A stretch of 64,000 bases of DNA from Polaromonas sp. Lineage in GTDB: Bacteria > Pseudomonadota > Gammaproteobacteria > Burkholderiales > Burkholderiaceae_C. The notes beneath the pieces were generated by a model that worked only from the letters and a program-made list of their open reading frames with translations, was not told the origin of the DNA and made no database searches. The stretch is taken from NCBI GenBank assembly GCA_043769295.1, contig JAYVJL010000156.1, positions 1,913 to 65,912 on the forward strand. Direction: 5' to 3'. This document shows, piece by piece, positions 42,219-52,035 of this stretch. The position numbers and the translations under genes are program-made. The first letter of the stretch is position 1. Each line of letters starts with the position of its first letter.

Positions 42219-42644
42219 TCAGTCCAAATCCTCCATGGCCAGCAGATGGTACCGCTGTCCATAGGAGAAAGGAACGACCCGCACCAGCGTCATAATGTGT
42301 TCGGTCTCCTCGTCGGAATGCACTTTCACCATCATCGCGCTGTGCCCTTCACGTGCTAATTTGATATATTTGTGGACAGTGGCACCTTCCGTGCCAACAG
42401 ACGGCATCACGACATCTGACTCCTGGTCGGCTTTGCCAATATCCTTCAACACCTGTTGCGGCGTCAACAGCATGACAACGCGCTCTTCCGATTTCTTGTT
42501 TGGATGATCTGCAAGGTAGCTGTCTACTGCATGAGCCACCTGCGAAGCATCATCTGCGTTGGGAAACATGACAAAAGCATAGCCCTTGGGATAAAAAACG
42601 CCGCTCATGGTCAGCATGTCCGGGGTGAGTTGGAATGTTTTCAT
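42219..42644 (-). CDS. Hypothetical protein (141 aa), downstream of the glucan synthase gene
   Basis: Clean ORF 24 nt after the ndvB-like stop on the same strand; I recognise no family. Confidence 0.5.
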   Translation of the reverse strand: MKTFQLTPDMLTMSGVFYPKGYAFVMFPNADDASQVAHAVDSYLADHPNKKSEERVVMLLTPQQVLKDIGKADQESDVVMPSVGTEGATVHKYIKLAREGHSAMMVKVHSDEETEHIMTLVRVVPFSYGQRYHLLAMEDLD

Positions 42645-42668
42645 CGTAGATACTCCTTTTTAGCTAAC

Positions 42669-45600
42669 TTACACAACAAAATCCTGCGTCTGCAAGCCTT
42701 GAACCAAGAGCACCGACCGCGCAGGGAGGTCGGCCAAGGACAACCATTGCCCCTCTGACAGGGTGCGGTCTGGTTTGAAGTCCCCTGCAGTCATCATACC
42801 TACACGCTGCCAGCGTATATGCACCATCCTGCCTTGAATATTGAGCTTTAAATCAACAAAAGTCCACTCTGCGGGCAGGCAAGGAAACAGTGATATTTGT
42901 CCATGTCGCACTTGTAAACCCAGCAAGTTTTCAATACCAGCGCGGTACAGCCACGCCGCAGAGCCGGTGTACCAACTCCAGCCGCCACGCCCCACATAAG
43001 GTGCTGCGCCGTAAATATCGCCCGCCATGACATAGGGCTCAAGTTCATACAGCGGGCCACGCTGGGGGTCAGCATGACGGTGTGCTGGACTGAGTGCTTT
43101 GAAGCTCTCCCAAGCGGCTTCAGCGTCCCCCGTTTTTGCTTGAGCCATCATCGCCCAGACGGCGGCATGCGCGTATTGACCGCCGTTTTCACGCACGCCT
43201 GGCGGGTAGGCCTGGATATAGCCCGGGTTGTTTTCAGACTTGGAAAAAGGCGGTGCTAAAAGCCGCAGCAAACCAGCGTCACGGTCCATCAATTCCCGAT
43301 TCATGGCGCGCATGGCCGGCTGAGTGAAGTGATCGCTCGATGCGTTTGAGAGCACTGACCAGGCCTGGGCGATCAAATCAATCCGGCATTCGGCATTGGC
43401 GCTGGAACCCAAAGCTGCACCATTGTCAAAAAAGGCACGCCGAAACCACTCCCCATCCCAACCATGGCTGTGAACGGCGGTGATCCAGCCCTCACGGCTG
43501 CTGCGCCATGTTGCGGCACGTTCGCCCTCCCCACGCGACTCCGCCAGCGGTGCAAAGCGATCCACCACGGCACACAAAAACCATGCCAGCCAGACCGATT
43601 CGCCACGCCCCTCATGCCCCACCCGGTTCATGCCATCGTTCCAATCGCCAGTCCCCATGAGCGGCAAACCATGCGCGCCGGTAGCCAGGCTTTTGTCGAT
43701 GGTCAGGGCGCAATGCTCATACACAGAGGCGGACAGCTGACTCACCAGCGGCGTATAGTACGCGTCCTCAGCACCCTCGGCAATCGCTGGGCCTTCGATG
43801 AAATGCACGTCCTGATCCAGGATATTCGCATCACCGGTGACCTCAACGTAGTGCGCGCAAGCGTATGGCAACCACAGCAAATCATCTGAAAAATGGGTTC
43901 TGACCCCTTCGCCGCTGGGCGCATGCCACCAATGCTGCACGTCTCCTTCTGGGAATTGTCGCGATGCATTCAGCACAATCTGGTCATGCAGGCGTTGCGG
44001 GTCACTGACGGCAAAAGCCATGGCATCCTGCAACTGGTCTCGAAAGCCAAAGGCACCACCGGCTTGGTAAAAGCCTGCTTTGGCCCATAAACGCGAGGTC
44101 AAGGTTTGATACAGGAGCCAACGGTTCATCAGCGCGTCAAACAAAGGGTCGGGCGACTTGACCTGGATCTTCTCAAGAACGCCTGACCAATGGTTTTTTA
44201 CAGAATCAAGTGCATGCGCCACATCCCTGGTTTGCCAAGTCTGGGCCAATTGCTCAGCCTGTGCGGCATCGGCGGCATAGCCAAGCATGAATGTCAGATT
44301 CAAACGCTGTCCTGCTTGTATTGTTAAATCACCAAACAGCGCTGCACCCGGATCTAAACTGCCTGCCATTTTTTGATTCAAGCTGACAGGCATGACCAGC
44401 TGACCCGCTGAATTAAAAAACTCGCTGCGATCACACGTCCACTGTATGGGCTCGGGCAGTCCGGTCAACGCCAAAAAGGCCGTGCTTCCACCAAACCCGG
44501 AGCGGCTTTCGCATTGCTGCGCATAAAGCACGGGCATGTTCTTGCTTTTCCAGACGCTTACCGTCCGCCTGTCTGTGCGGTTTGCACCCATTTGCCACTC
44601 GACCATGCCGTGCACACGCAGATGCCGTTTTTTAGACCCGGCGTTGTGCAGCTGTACCCGGACAAACTTGACCGAATCATTGATGTCGACGAAAAAAGTG
44701 GTTTCAAGCTCAAGTTGATCATGCAGACACTCAAACACGCTGTAGCCCTGACCATGCCGTACCCTGAAAGACGGCACCGATCCGCTTTCGGTACTTGGCG
44801 TTAAAGCAAGCAGCGCATGTGTCGCCCGGTCTTGCAAGATGAAATGCTCGAAACCTGGGTCTTGCACCGGATCGTTGGACCAGGGCGTCAACTGCTGCAA
44901 GCGACTGTTGACCGCCCAGGTGTAACCCGCACCAGCTTCTGACACTTGACAGCCAAACGATGCATTTGAAATGACATTCACCCAAGGGCGCATAGGCCGT
45001 TGCGATGCATCAATGTGAAACTGAAACTCACCCGTCACAAAATCAAAAACACCCTGTGGTTCTTTGGGAATCTCCTTCTGCCTGGATGTCGTGCTGAGCG
45101 AGGAAGTCAAAAATGACGTGGTTATCGCCTCTTTGCCAGGTTGATTTTTCACAGTGTCACGTTGTGACAGAATTTGTTGTGCCAGAGGACGACCGTCCGC
45201 AACAAGAACGATGCGCGCCAGAACCGACAGAGTTGCGCGTTCAGACGGGCTGACTTCACTTTCAGACAGCAGATAAAACCCCGCGATGTCGCTGCGCGGA
45301 AAGCTATGCATGGATTGTTGAATTGTACGGTCACGCAGGTTTAAAATATCCCGTTGCAAAGGCATCAGGTAGGAGTTGATTTCACTGTTCAAAATCACCA
45401 GATCAACCGCCAACCCACAAAAACTCCACCAAGGTTGGGCGCGCAACAGGGTATGAACCAGGCCAAGCCCATGGTTGGAATGAATTCGGACAAGGATGAT
45501 GGGCTTATCCCCCGACAGACCAAAGCGCCAGAGCTGACGCAAGTCAAGCGAGGCACGTTCAGTGACCGGTCTGCCAGAGGTGTAGATCAAGGCGGTATTC

Positions 45601-48600
45601 AGATCTTGCAGGGCGGCATTTTCGTCGGGAGCCAGCCCCAGGTCTCGTATACGTACCTGCGCCAGGGTTGCGGCCATGCGCTTGGCGCGTTTCACATGCA
45701 TGGGCTGCAAATATTTATCAATGCGTAACATCAAATCGTTAGCATTGCCAGCGGCCGCTGTTGCGAAACTCAGGCGGGCAATAGCACCAGCGGGTATGCG
45801 CACTTGCACGCGCAACCCTGCGACGGGATCAAGTCCATTGATCGGGGAGCCATCTACGGTCCTGGCTTCGACCTGTACCGCCGGCTGCGTCACCGTTCGA
45901 CCACGCCCTACAAAAGAGCGCCTGTCTGACACGAAGTCGACAGCACCCACATTGACATCTGACTCAGCCAGAAAATGTGCCGCAACCAAGGTTGGGTCGC
46001 CCTGTAAACGCGGCTTACGCGTCAACATCATGGCGCGCCACTCAGGAAGCCAGTCCGTCTGCACGAATAGGTTGGAAAAAGCAGGATGTGCCTCGTCCGC
46101 CCGTGCGTCCGCCAGCACGGCTTCAAAGTATGAAATCACCTCCAGGTTCATCTCAACAGTGGACAGGTTCTGGAGTGTCACCATCCGCAATTCCGTGTCA
46201 TCTTCTGGACTGACCAGAACCGTGGTGTTGATCTCCAGTTTTTTGGATATCGCCTGGTATAACACCCGGTCTGCCAGAAAGGTCGCCTTGTATTGCCAGT
46301 CAGGATGTGGGGCAGGATGGTAGGTGATGGACGACAGGCGGGCATCTTTGTCTGCACGAACGTAAATAAACGAACCATACTGATCACGCAGCAGATCATC
46401 ACGCCAGCGCGTAATGTTGTGCGTGGCATTGTGGCCATGCCATCGGCTCACACCAGCTCCATTTGCACGCAATACAACGCTATAACAACCATTTGACAAA
46501 AGCTGCGTAGGCTGTTGACCGGTTGCTTGAGGATCAATATCTCGGGCTTGATACAGTTTTGTCTGCTCTTGAAATTGAGACTCGGGCAGAACACGTGGAT
46601 CGGCGGTCTTGATGATCTGGCGCGGTGTTTTTTCATGCAAAAGCGAATCAAAGGCCTGTACCAAAGGTGCACTGGCAAACCATCTGCGTGGTGCCTCGTC
46701 ACACAGCACGTTGCACAATGCGACCAAAGACATGCCTTGATGATGGGCCATGAAGGTGTTCACCAGACTGAAAGCCTGCGCGTCCGCTTGTCTCGACACC
46801 GTAAAATCCACCGCATCAATAAAACCGAATTTCCCACGTGCGCCGAGCAAAGTGAGTTTTTTTAAATTTGCTACCGCCTGCTGTGGTTCAAACATGCCCG
46901 CCATGACGCTGGCGTAGGGTGCGACAACACGGTCAAGGATGGGCGTGCGTCGCAATGCAAGTCTCGGCACGCCAAACGGCGAATATTGATAGGCGAGTGT
47001 ATGGTCTTGCGCAAAATAGGCTGACTCCGAAACACCCCAAGGCAGCTGTTCAGAATCGCCGAATGCCTGCTGCTCCATCACCGCCGCGTGTCCACTGACG
47101 TGCAGCAAGCCTTGATCTGGCTCCGTCATGATGAGCGAAGGCATCAAATACTCAAACATAGATCCCGACCAAGACTTGAGCCCTGGTGTCACACCAACCG
47201 TCAAAAATGAACGTCCAAGGGCAGCCCAATGCCGTTTGGGAACGTCGCCCTTGGCTATCGCCAAAAAACTGGTCTGTCTGGCCTCTGAGGCGATCAAATC
47301 GTAATAGCTCTTATCGAGTATTTTCTCGTGTACGCGCAACCCGATATGAAACAGATGACGCTTGGCGCTGTACAGACCGCTAAAATTCATGTCTTGAAAC
47401 AAACGTGTACAGCGTTCAGCCAGAAGTCGAAGCGCGGCTGCGTGTGCCAACTGTATTTCCTCCGTTTCACCGCTTTCAACACACTGTGAAAACTGCTGGC
47501 AAGCTTGCGCCAACGTCAGCAAGTGGCCCGCCAAATTTCCGCTATCGACGGTAGACACATAGGCAGGCATCAGCACTTCCAGCGAGCGCGTTTCATACCA
47601 GTTGAACAAATGTCCCTCGTTTTTAGGCAGTTTTTCAACGGTATCCAGCGTGGCTTGTAGCCGGTTGATGAGGTCAGCCGTTGAAATCCAGCCAAATTCA
47701 CGGGCACAGGCTACGGCCAAAAGATACAAACCAATATTGGTAGGAGAGGTCCGATGCGCGATGATGGGCTCAGGGTCCATCTGCAAATTGTCGGGCGGCA
47801 GATAATGATCATCGGGGCCGACTGTGGTTTCGAAAAAATGCCATGTCTGCAAGGCCAATGCGAGCAAATATTCGCGGTCATTCTCTTTAAGTTTGCAGCT
47901 GATTCGGCGATCAACTGGTTTGCTGGCCCAATAGGCTGTCAGTGGCGCGGCCGCCCATAACAGAAACATGCCCATACCCAGCCATGGATATGGGCTCATC
48001 ACGGCGGCGGCGGCCAGCGCACAACCCAAAATGGTCGTCGTTGCATGGCTGCGGACAAAAACCAATAAGGTATATCTCGCAGTAGCCTGTGCTTGCGCAG
48101 CGGTTGTCCATTCCAATAAATTCTTGTGGCTGACGGCCATACGCCAGACAGCTCTAAAAATCGCATCCAACATCAGCCTCGCCTGCGCCAAAAGCTGGCT
48201 CAACTGCCAAAAGCTTGCGACAACACTTCGTAGGAGATCACGCAGACCGACATCAAAAAAGTGCGGCCATGCAATGCCACGGCGCGTCGGCACCAATCCT
48301 GCCAATGCACCTACACCCGGCCCAACCCAGTAAGCGCAAAAAACAAGACCTACAGCTGTCACCCATGGTATGGATGCGGTAAAAACAACCCAGGCCAACA
48401 AGAAGAAAGATGCAGGAGCGATCAAGGAACGGCGTAGATTATCCAGCATGCGCCACGCACCCAATGCGTCAATCCCAAAATTTCGTGAACGACAGATGAA
48501 GGGGATCAGCTGCCAATCCCCTCGTGTCCAGCGATGCACGCGCGACGCGGCTACGCCAGCATGATGCGGTTGATCTTCCATCACGATGACGTCGCTTGCA

Positions 48601-50885
48601 TAACCGCAACGCGCGATGCTACCTTCCAGCAAATCGTGGCTCAAGACGGCACCCTCAGGCAACCTGCTGTCCAGAACCGCATAAACCGCAGCCACGTTGA
48701 GCAAACCTTTGCCGGTGAATGTGCCCAAACCAAACAAGTCTTGATACAAGTCTGAAGCATCGTTGCTGTAAGGATCCAGACCGCACTGCCCAGCAAACAT
48801 GGTGTGAAAGGGAGAGCGCTCACTCATACTTGAAAGCGGTGTGACAACACGTGGCTGCAATATGCCATAGCCAGCGGTCACGCGTTTATCAACGCGGTCA
48901 ATCTGCGGTGCATTTAAAGGGTGGGCTGCAATCGCCACCAGTTCCCGCAAAGAACCGGCAGGCAAGCCGGTGTCGCTGTCCAGTGTGAGTACATAACGTG
49001 TGTTCTCAGCCAACCTCATATTGCCATCAACCACCATAAATTCAGCGACTGCAGGACTGTCGACGTGGGACACTGAACCTGTAGCAATGAGACGCACCAA
49101 CATCTCCAGTTTTCCGCGCTTGCGCTCCCAGCCTATCCAGCGCCCTTCCGTGGGTGACCAGGTTCGAGATCGATGCAGCAATATAAATCGCGGAGCGGCA
49201 CCAGTTGCAGCGGGATAACTGGCGTTGAGTCCAGCCAATTTTGTCAACAGGTCATCCAGCAAGCCCTGGTCTGAAGCGAGCGTTTCTGAATCTGCGTCAT
49301 TCCAGTCGGTCAACAGCGCAAATTGTGCATTGTCTTCACGACTGGCAAGCCAGTGCAGACTGAGCCTGTGAGTCAACTCACTGTTGGATGAAACACTGCC
49401 CAGCATGCTCGGAAGCACGACAAGCACTCTGTGCTCATCAGGAATACCTGCGGTGAAATCCAGACGTGCCAAGAGCTGTACGCGTGTCGACTCGGCAATA
49501 AAACGGTGAATCAATGACGCCACCGCCTCAGATGCTGGCCATGCCATCAAAAAAACCGACACCCAACCAGACCAATTCAATACTGCGACAGAATGACTGG
49601 CCCAGGCAAGCAAAGCCAATGTGCCCACCAACCAGACGGTCAGATACAGGGGTAAGCGCCAAGCCTGTTTTATTTTTAGAGAAGGAAATTGTCTGGCAAG
49701 AGGCACTGTATGACGAATCATGTCCATCAGCAGCCCTCTGCCGGACCCTATCAGGTAATAGCCTGCCGTCTGCGCCGACGCAGAGTTGTCAGACTCGCCC
49801 GCAGCGGCGACGACGGTCTCTGCGATGATTCGTTCAGGAATACCCGTCTGCTGTGCCAACCTCTCCATCGCTTGGGTGATCTGCTGGCGAGTCATCTCAC
49901 TTTCTTTGGAAAAACTAGGCAGCTGGCGCAGAACCTGCAAAGAACGACTGACGGGTTCCAGAATGTCTCGCCACTCAAGCTGTCCAATCAATCTCAATGT
50001 CGAGATGATGTTGCTGACCGTCAGGTTTGATGCGACCTGCGCAGCCTGCCCTTCATTGATTATTTCCAAAACATCTTGGCAATGTTGGTCTGTCCAGCGT
50101 GTGATAGCCGACGCTGGCTCTGTTCTCTCGACAGACATGCGCTGCCACATCTGGGCAAGATAGACGTGCTCTAGGCCCATTTTTTGCATCAACGCGAAAA
50201 CGGCCTCAACGTCTTGCGGTCTGAGATTCTCTGAGTTATCCCAAACTGCGTGGGCCACCTCTCTGGCCACCTTGTTCCTTGCAATACGGTCCGCCATGCG
50301 ACGAAGATTCTCAAGAAGTACAACACGCAAGGTGGTTGGGAATGCCCAGAGTTCGCCCAGATTGAGCTCTCCACGCTCCTGGTAGGCCTTTAAAAATGCC
50401 GTGAAAAGGGCTGTATCCAACACGGAATCTGTATGCGCAACGTAAGCCCAGGCAATACCATAAATGCGCGGCAAACCTTCAAGAGGCTTGTCAATAAGCT
50501 TGGGTAGATCGGCAAAATACCGTTTTGGCACACCCTCTTCAATCTGCTGAAGCTGTGCCTCAATCAAATAGAAATTATCCAGTAGCCATACAGCGGCTGG
50601 TGTGACGTAATGACCGTTTTGCGATGTAACTGCGATGTAGTCATAGGCCTGACGCAGCGCTTTGATATTTTCTTTGACACGCGGAAAGAATGTAGGACCT
50701 CGATAAGCATACCGGTTGGTCTGAACAACCTGCGCTTTGGCTAAACTACGACCATGCTCTTCAAAGCGCACGGACCCAAACAATTCCGCACGTATCGGTT
50801 CTTGATCATTGTCGTGAGCAGCGACAATTATTTTTTTAGCATACGGACTTAAGGAATCCAGCAGGGATGTGACTGCCGTTGCCAC
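42669..50885 (-). CDS. ndvB: Cyclic beta-1,2-glucan synthase (NdvB/ChvB/Cgs type; glycosyltransferase plus GH94 phosphorylase-like domains)
   Basis: Uninterrupted 2738-aa ORF. N-terminus EPIRAELFGSVRFEEHGRSLA, TM block, GT region (LTLDSDT..RVHRWTRGDWQ), C-terminal GH94-like region (GTGDWNDGMN..GGQYAHAAVW). GTG start without a clear SD. Confidence 0.9.
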   Translation of the reverse strand: MATAVTSLLDSLSPYAKKIIVAAHDNDQEPIRAELFGSVRFEEHGRSLAKAQVVQTNRYAYRGPTFFPRVKENIKALRQAYDYIAVTSQNGHYVTPAAVWLLDNFYLIEAQLQQIEEGVPKRYFADLPKLIDKPLEGLPRIYGIAWAYVAHTDSVLDTALFTAFLKAYQERGELNLGELWAFPTTLRVVLLENLRRMADRIARNKVAREVAHAVWDNSENLRPQDVEAVFALMQKMGLEHVYLAQMWQRMSVERTEPASAITRWTDQHCQDVLEIINEGQAAQVASNLTVSNIISTLRLIGQLEWRDILEPVSRSLQVLRQLPSFSKESEMTRQQITQAMERLAQQTGIPERIIAETVVAAAGESDNSASAQTAGYYLIGSGRGLLMDMIRHTVPLARQFPSLKIKQAWRLPLYLTVWLVGTLALLAWASHSVAVLNWSGWVSVFLMAWPASEAVASLIHRFIAESTRVQLLARLDFTAGIPDEHRVLVVLPSMLGSVSSNSELTHRLSLHWLASREDNAQFALLTDWNDADSETLASDQGLLDDLLTKLAGLNASYPAATGAAPRFILLHRSRTWSPTEGRWIGWERKRGKLEMLVRLIATGSVSHVDSPAVAEFMVVDGNMRLAENTRYVLTLDSDTGLPAGSLRELVAIAAHPLNAPQIDRVDKRVTAGYGILQPRVVTPLSSMSERSPFHTMFAGQCGLDPYSNDASDLYQDLFGLGTFTGKGLLNVAAVYAVLDSRLPEGAVLSHDLLEGSIARCGYASDVIVMEDQPHHAGVAASRVHRWTRGDWQLIPFICRSRNFGIDALGAWRMLDNLRRSLIAPASFFLLAWVVFTASIPWVTAVGLVFCAYWVGPGVGALAGLVPTRRGIAWPHFFDVGLRDLLRSVVASFWQLSQLLAQARLMLDAIFRAVWRMAVSHKNLLEWTTAAQAQATARYTLLVFVRSHATTTILGCALAAAAVMSPYPWLGMGMFLLWAAAPLTAYWASKPVDRRISCKLKENDREYLLALALQTWHFFETTVGPDDHYLPPDNLQMDPEPIIAHRTSPTNIGLYLLAVACAREFGWISTADLINRLQATLDTVEKLPKNEGHLFNWYETRSLEVLMPAYVSTVDSGNLAGHLLTLAQACQQFSQCVESGETEEIQLAHAAALRLLAERCTRLFQDMNFSGLYSAKRHLFHIGLRVHEKILDKSYYDLIASEARQTSFLAIAKGDVPKRHWAALGRSFLTVGVTPGLKSWSGSMFEYLMPSLIMTEPDQGLLHVSGHAAVMEQQAFGDSEQLPWGVSESAYFAQDHTLAYQYSPFGVPRLALRRTPILDRVVAPYASVMAGMFEPQQAVANLKKLTLLGARGKFGFIDAVDFTVSRQADAQAFSLVNTFMAHHQGMSLVALCNVLCDEAPRRWFASAPLVQAFDSLLHEKTPRQIIKTADPRVLPESQFQEQTKLYQARDIDPQATGQQPTQLLSNGCYSVVLRANGAGVSRWHGHNATHNITRWRDDLLRDQYGSFIYVRADKDARLSSITYHPAPHPDWQYKATFLADRVLYQAISKKLEINTTVLVSPEDDTELRMVTLQNLSTVEMNLEVISYFEAVLADARADEAHPAFSNLFVQTDWLPEWRAMMLTRKPRLQGDPTLVAAHFLAESDVNVGAVDFVSDRRSFVGRGRTVTQPAVQVEARTVDGSPINGLDPVAGLRVQVRIPAGAIARLSFATAAAGNANDLMLRIDKYLQPMHVKRAKRMAATLAQVRIRDLGLAPDENAALQDLNTALIYTSGRPVTERASLDLRQLWRFGLSGDKPIILVRIHSNHGLGLVHTLLRAQPWWSFCGLAVDLVILNSEINSYLMPLQRDILNLRDRTIQQSMHSFPRSDIAGFYLLSESEVSPSERATLSVLARIVLVADGRPLAQQILSQRDTVKNQPGKEAITTSFLTSSLSTTSRQKEIPKEPQGVFDFVTGEFQFHIDASQRPMRPWVNVISNASFGCQVSEAGAGYTWAVNSRLQQLTPWSNDPVQDPGFEHFILQDRATHALLALTPSTESGSVPSFRVRHGQGYSVFECLHDQLELETTFFVDINDSVKFVRVQLHNAGSKKRHLRVHGMVEWQMGANRTDRRTVSVWKSKNMPVLYAQQCESRSGFGGSTAFLALTGLPEPIQWTCDRSEFFNSAGQLVMPVSLNQKMAGSLDPGAALFGDLTIQAGQRLNLTFMLGYAADAAQAEQLAQTWQTRDVAHALDSVKNHWSGVLEKIQVKSPDPLFDALMNRWLLYQTLTSRLWAKAGFYQAGGAFGFRDQLQDAMAFAVSDPQRLHDQIVLNASRQFPEGDVQHWWHAPSGEGVRTHFSDDLLWLPYACAHYVEVTGDANILDQDVHFIEGPAIAEGAEDAYYTPLVSQLSASVYEHCALTIDKSLATGAHGLPLMGTGDWNDGMNRVGHEGRGESVWLAWFLCAVVDRFAPLAESRGEGERAATWRSSREGWITAVHSHGWDGEWFRRAFFDNGAALGSSANAECRIDLIAQAWSVLSNASSDHFTQPAMRAMNRELMDRDAGLLRLLAPPFSKSENNPGYIQAYPPGVRENGGQYAHAAVWAMMAQAKTGDAEAAWESFKALSPAHRHADPQRGPLYELEPYVMAGDIYGAAPYVGRGGWSWYTGSAAWLYRAGIENLLGLQVRHGQISLFPCLPAEWTFVDLKLNIQGRMVHIRWQRVGMMTAGDFKPDRTLSEGQWLSLADLPARSVLLVQGLQTQDFVV

Positions 50886-51269
50886 ACAACTACACCAACA
50901 GCATCAGACCGAACCCGATAGCCGCAAGGGCCGCAACAGTGACAAGATGGGAGCAGACCAAGCCATGCGTAGATTGAAGTGTCGAATGCAATGCGAAAAA
51001 CCGACCACGTGAATTGGCACAATGAAACATGTGTGACGCAAGACTCTCCGTGTCGGTTCTTACAAAATCAATGGTGTATGAGAAGGGTGTTTTTAAATTG
51101 AGCGTCGTCATGATGTTCTGCTTTGAGAGTAGGCATAGTCAACAACGCACAGCACTAAATCGCTTATGTTCTCGACCAATACCCCATAAAAATCAAGGTG
51201 TATCCACAAACTGGCGCCCATCGGCCAAGCCGTTGGGCAACAGATGACAGCAGATACCTAAGATGCCGT

Positions 51270-51587
51270 TTAAGGACGGACAATGATGTCGTTACGAACC
51301 AATCTGACGTTTTTCACGCCACGGGCGATATTTTCAGCCTGCATTTTTTCAGCATTTGACTTTGCAAAACCTGACAGCTGAACCGTGCCGTTCAATGTTT
51401 CAACACTGATCGAGGTGGCGGCCACTGTTGGGTCGGCGGCGAACTTGGATTTCACAACCGTGGTGATTGCGGTATCGTCAACAAAGGCGCTAGCCGTTTC
51501 TTGGCCACGACCGACAGCGCAGCCGGTGCTGCCAATGATGGTAATGCCAGCCAAGGTGGCGAATGCAATTGCGCGTAGGTGTTTCAT
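51270..51587 (-). CDS. BON-domain lipoprotein (OsmY-like)
   Basis: Lipobox IIGSTGC; DDTAITTVVKSKFAADP..ISVETLNGTVQLSGFAKS..A..IARGVKNVRLVRNDI. Confidence 0.8.
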   Translation of the reverse strand: MKHLRAIAFATLAGITIIGSTGCAVGRGQETASAFVDDTAITTVVKSKFAADPTVAATSISVETLNGTVQLSGFAKSNAEKMQAENIARGVKNVRLVRNDIIVRP

Positions 51588-51645
51588 GGAATTGTCCTTT
51601 GGGTAAATGGATGGAATGGAATGCGTGCTTGGCTAAAAACCAGTC

Positions 51646-51667
51646 CATAGGCGGCACCACGCCTATG
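51646..51667 (-). terminator. Possible terminator hairpin after the DUF1328 gene
   Basis: cataggcg-gcacca-cgcctatg, an 8-bp stem; on the minus strand a T5 run follows after 6 nt. Confidence 0.35.
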
Positions 51668-51691
51668 ACCCTGCAGAAACGTCAAGTGAAT

Positions 51692-51853
51692 TTATTTTTT
51701 GACCAGACCAATCACAAAAGTGATGACCGCCATGATGGCAAAAATAATGAACAGTATTTTGGCGATCTCAACGGCTCCTGCAGCGATGCCGCCAAAGCCA
51801 AACACAGCCGCAATCAAGGCGACAACAAGAAAAACAACCGAATAGTGCAGCAT
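51692..51853 (-). CDS. DUF1328 (YtjA-like) small membrane protein
   Basis: [53 protein letters not shown]; ATG at 51853 with AAGGAG upstream. The track ORF start at 51913 is an extension. Confidence 0.8.
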   Translation of the reverse strand: MLHYSVVFLVVALIAAVFGFGGIAAGAVEIAKILFIIFAIMAVITFVIGLVKK

Positions 51854-52035
51854 GAGAAACTCCTTGAACGGGTTGAATTGAAAGGTATTTCTGCTGAAAT
51901 ACGCCTGAATCACCCTTGAAGCAAGGTTAAGACCGATGAAGGTTTTCGGGCATCAGTAAAATTCGTTCTGCTGCGTCAGCGTCTTGACCGACACACTGTA
52001 GGTTAAAACTTACAGGCCTTGCGTTAAGTTCAAAC

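Noticed and set aside
50890-51111. 73-aa ORF with a hydrophobic C-terminus, 4 nt upstream of the glucan synthase gene
   Set aside because: No SD, no recognisable family, and odd composition. It is kept only as a remark in the ndvB finding and is not called as a gene.
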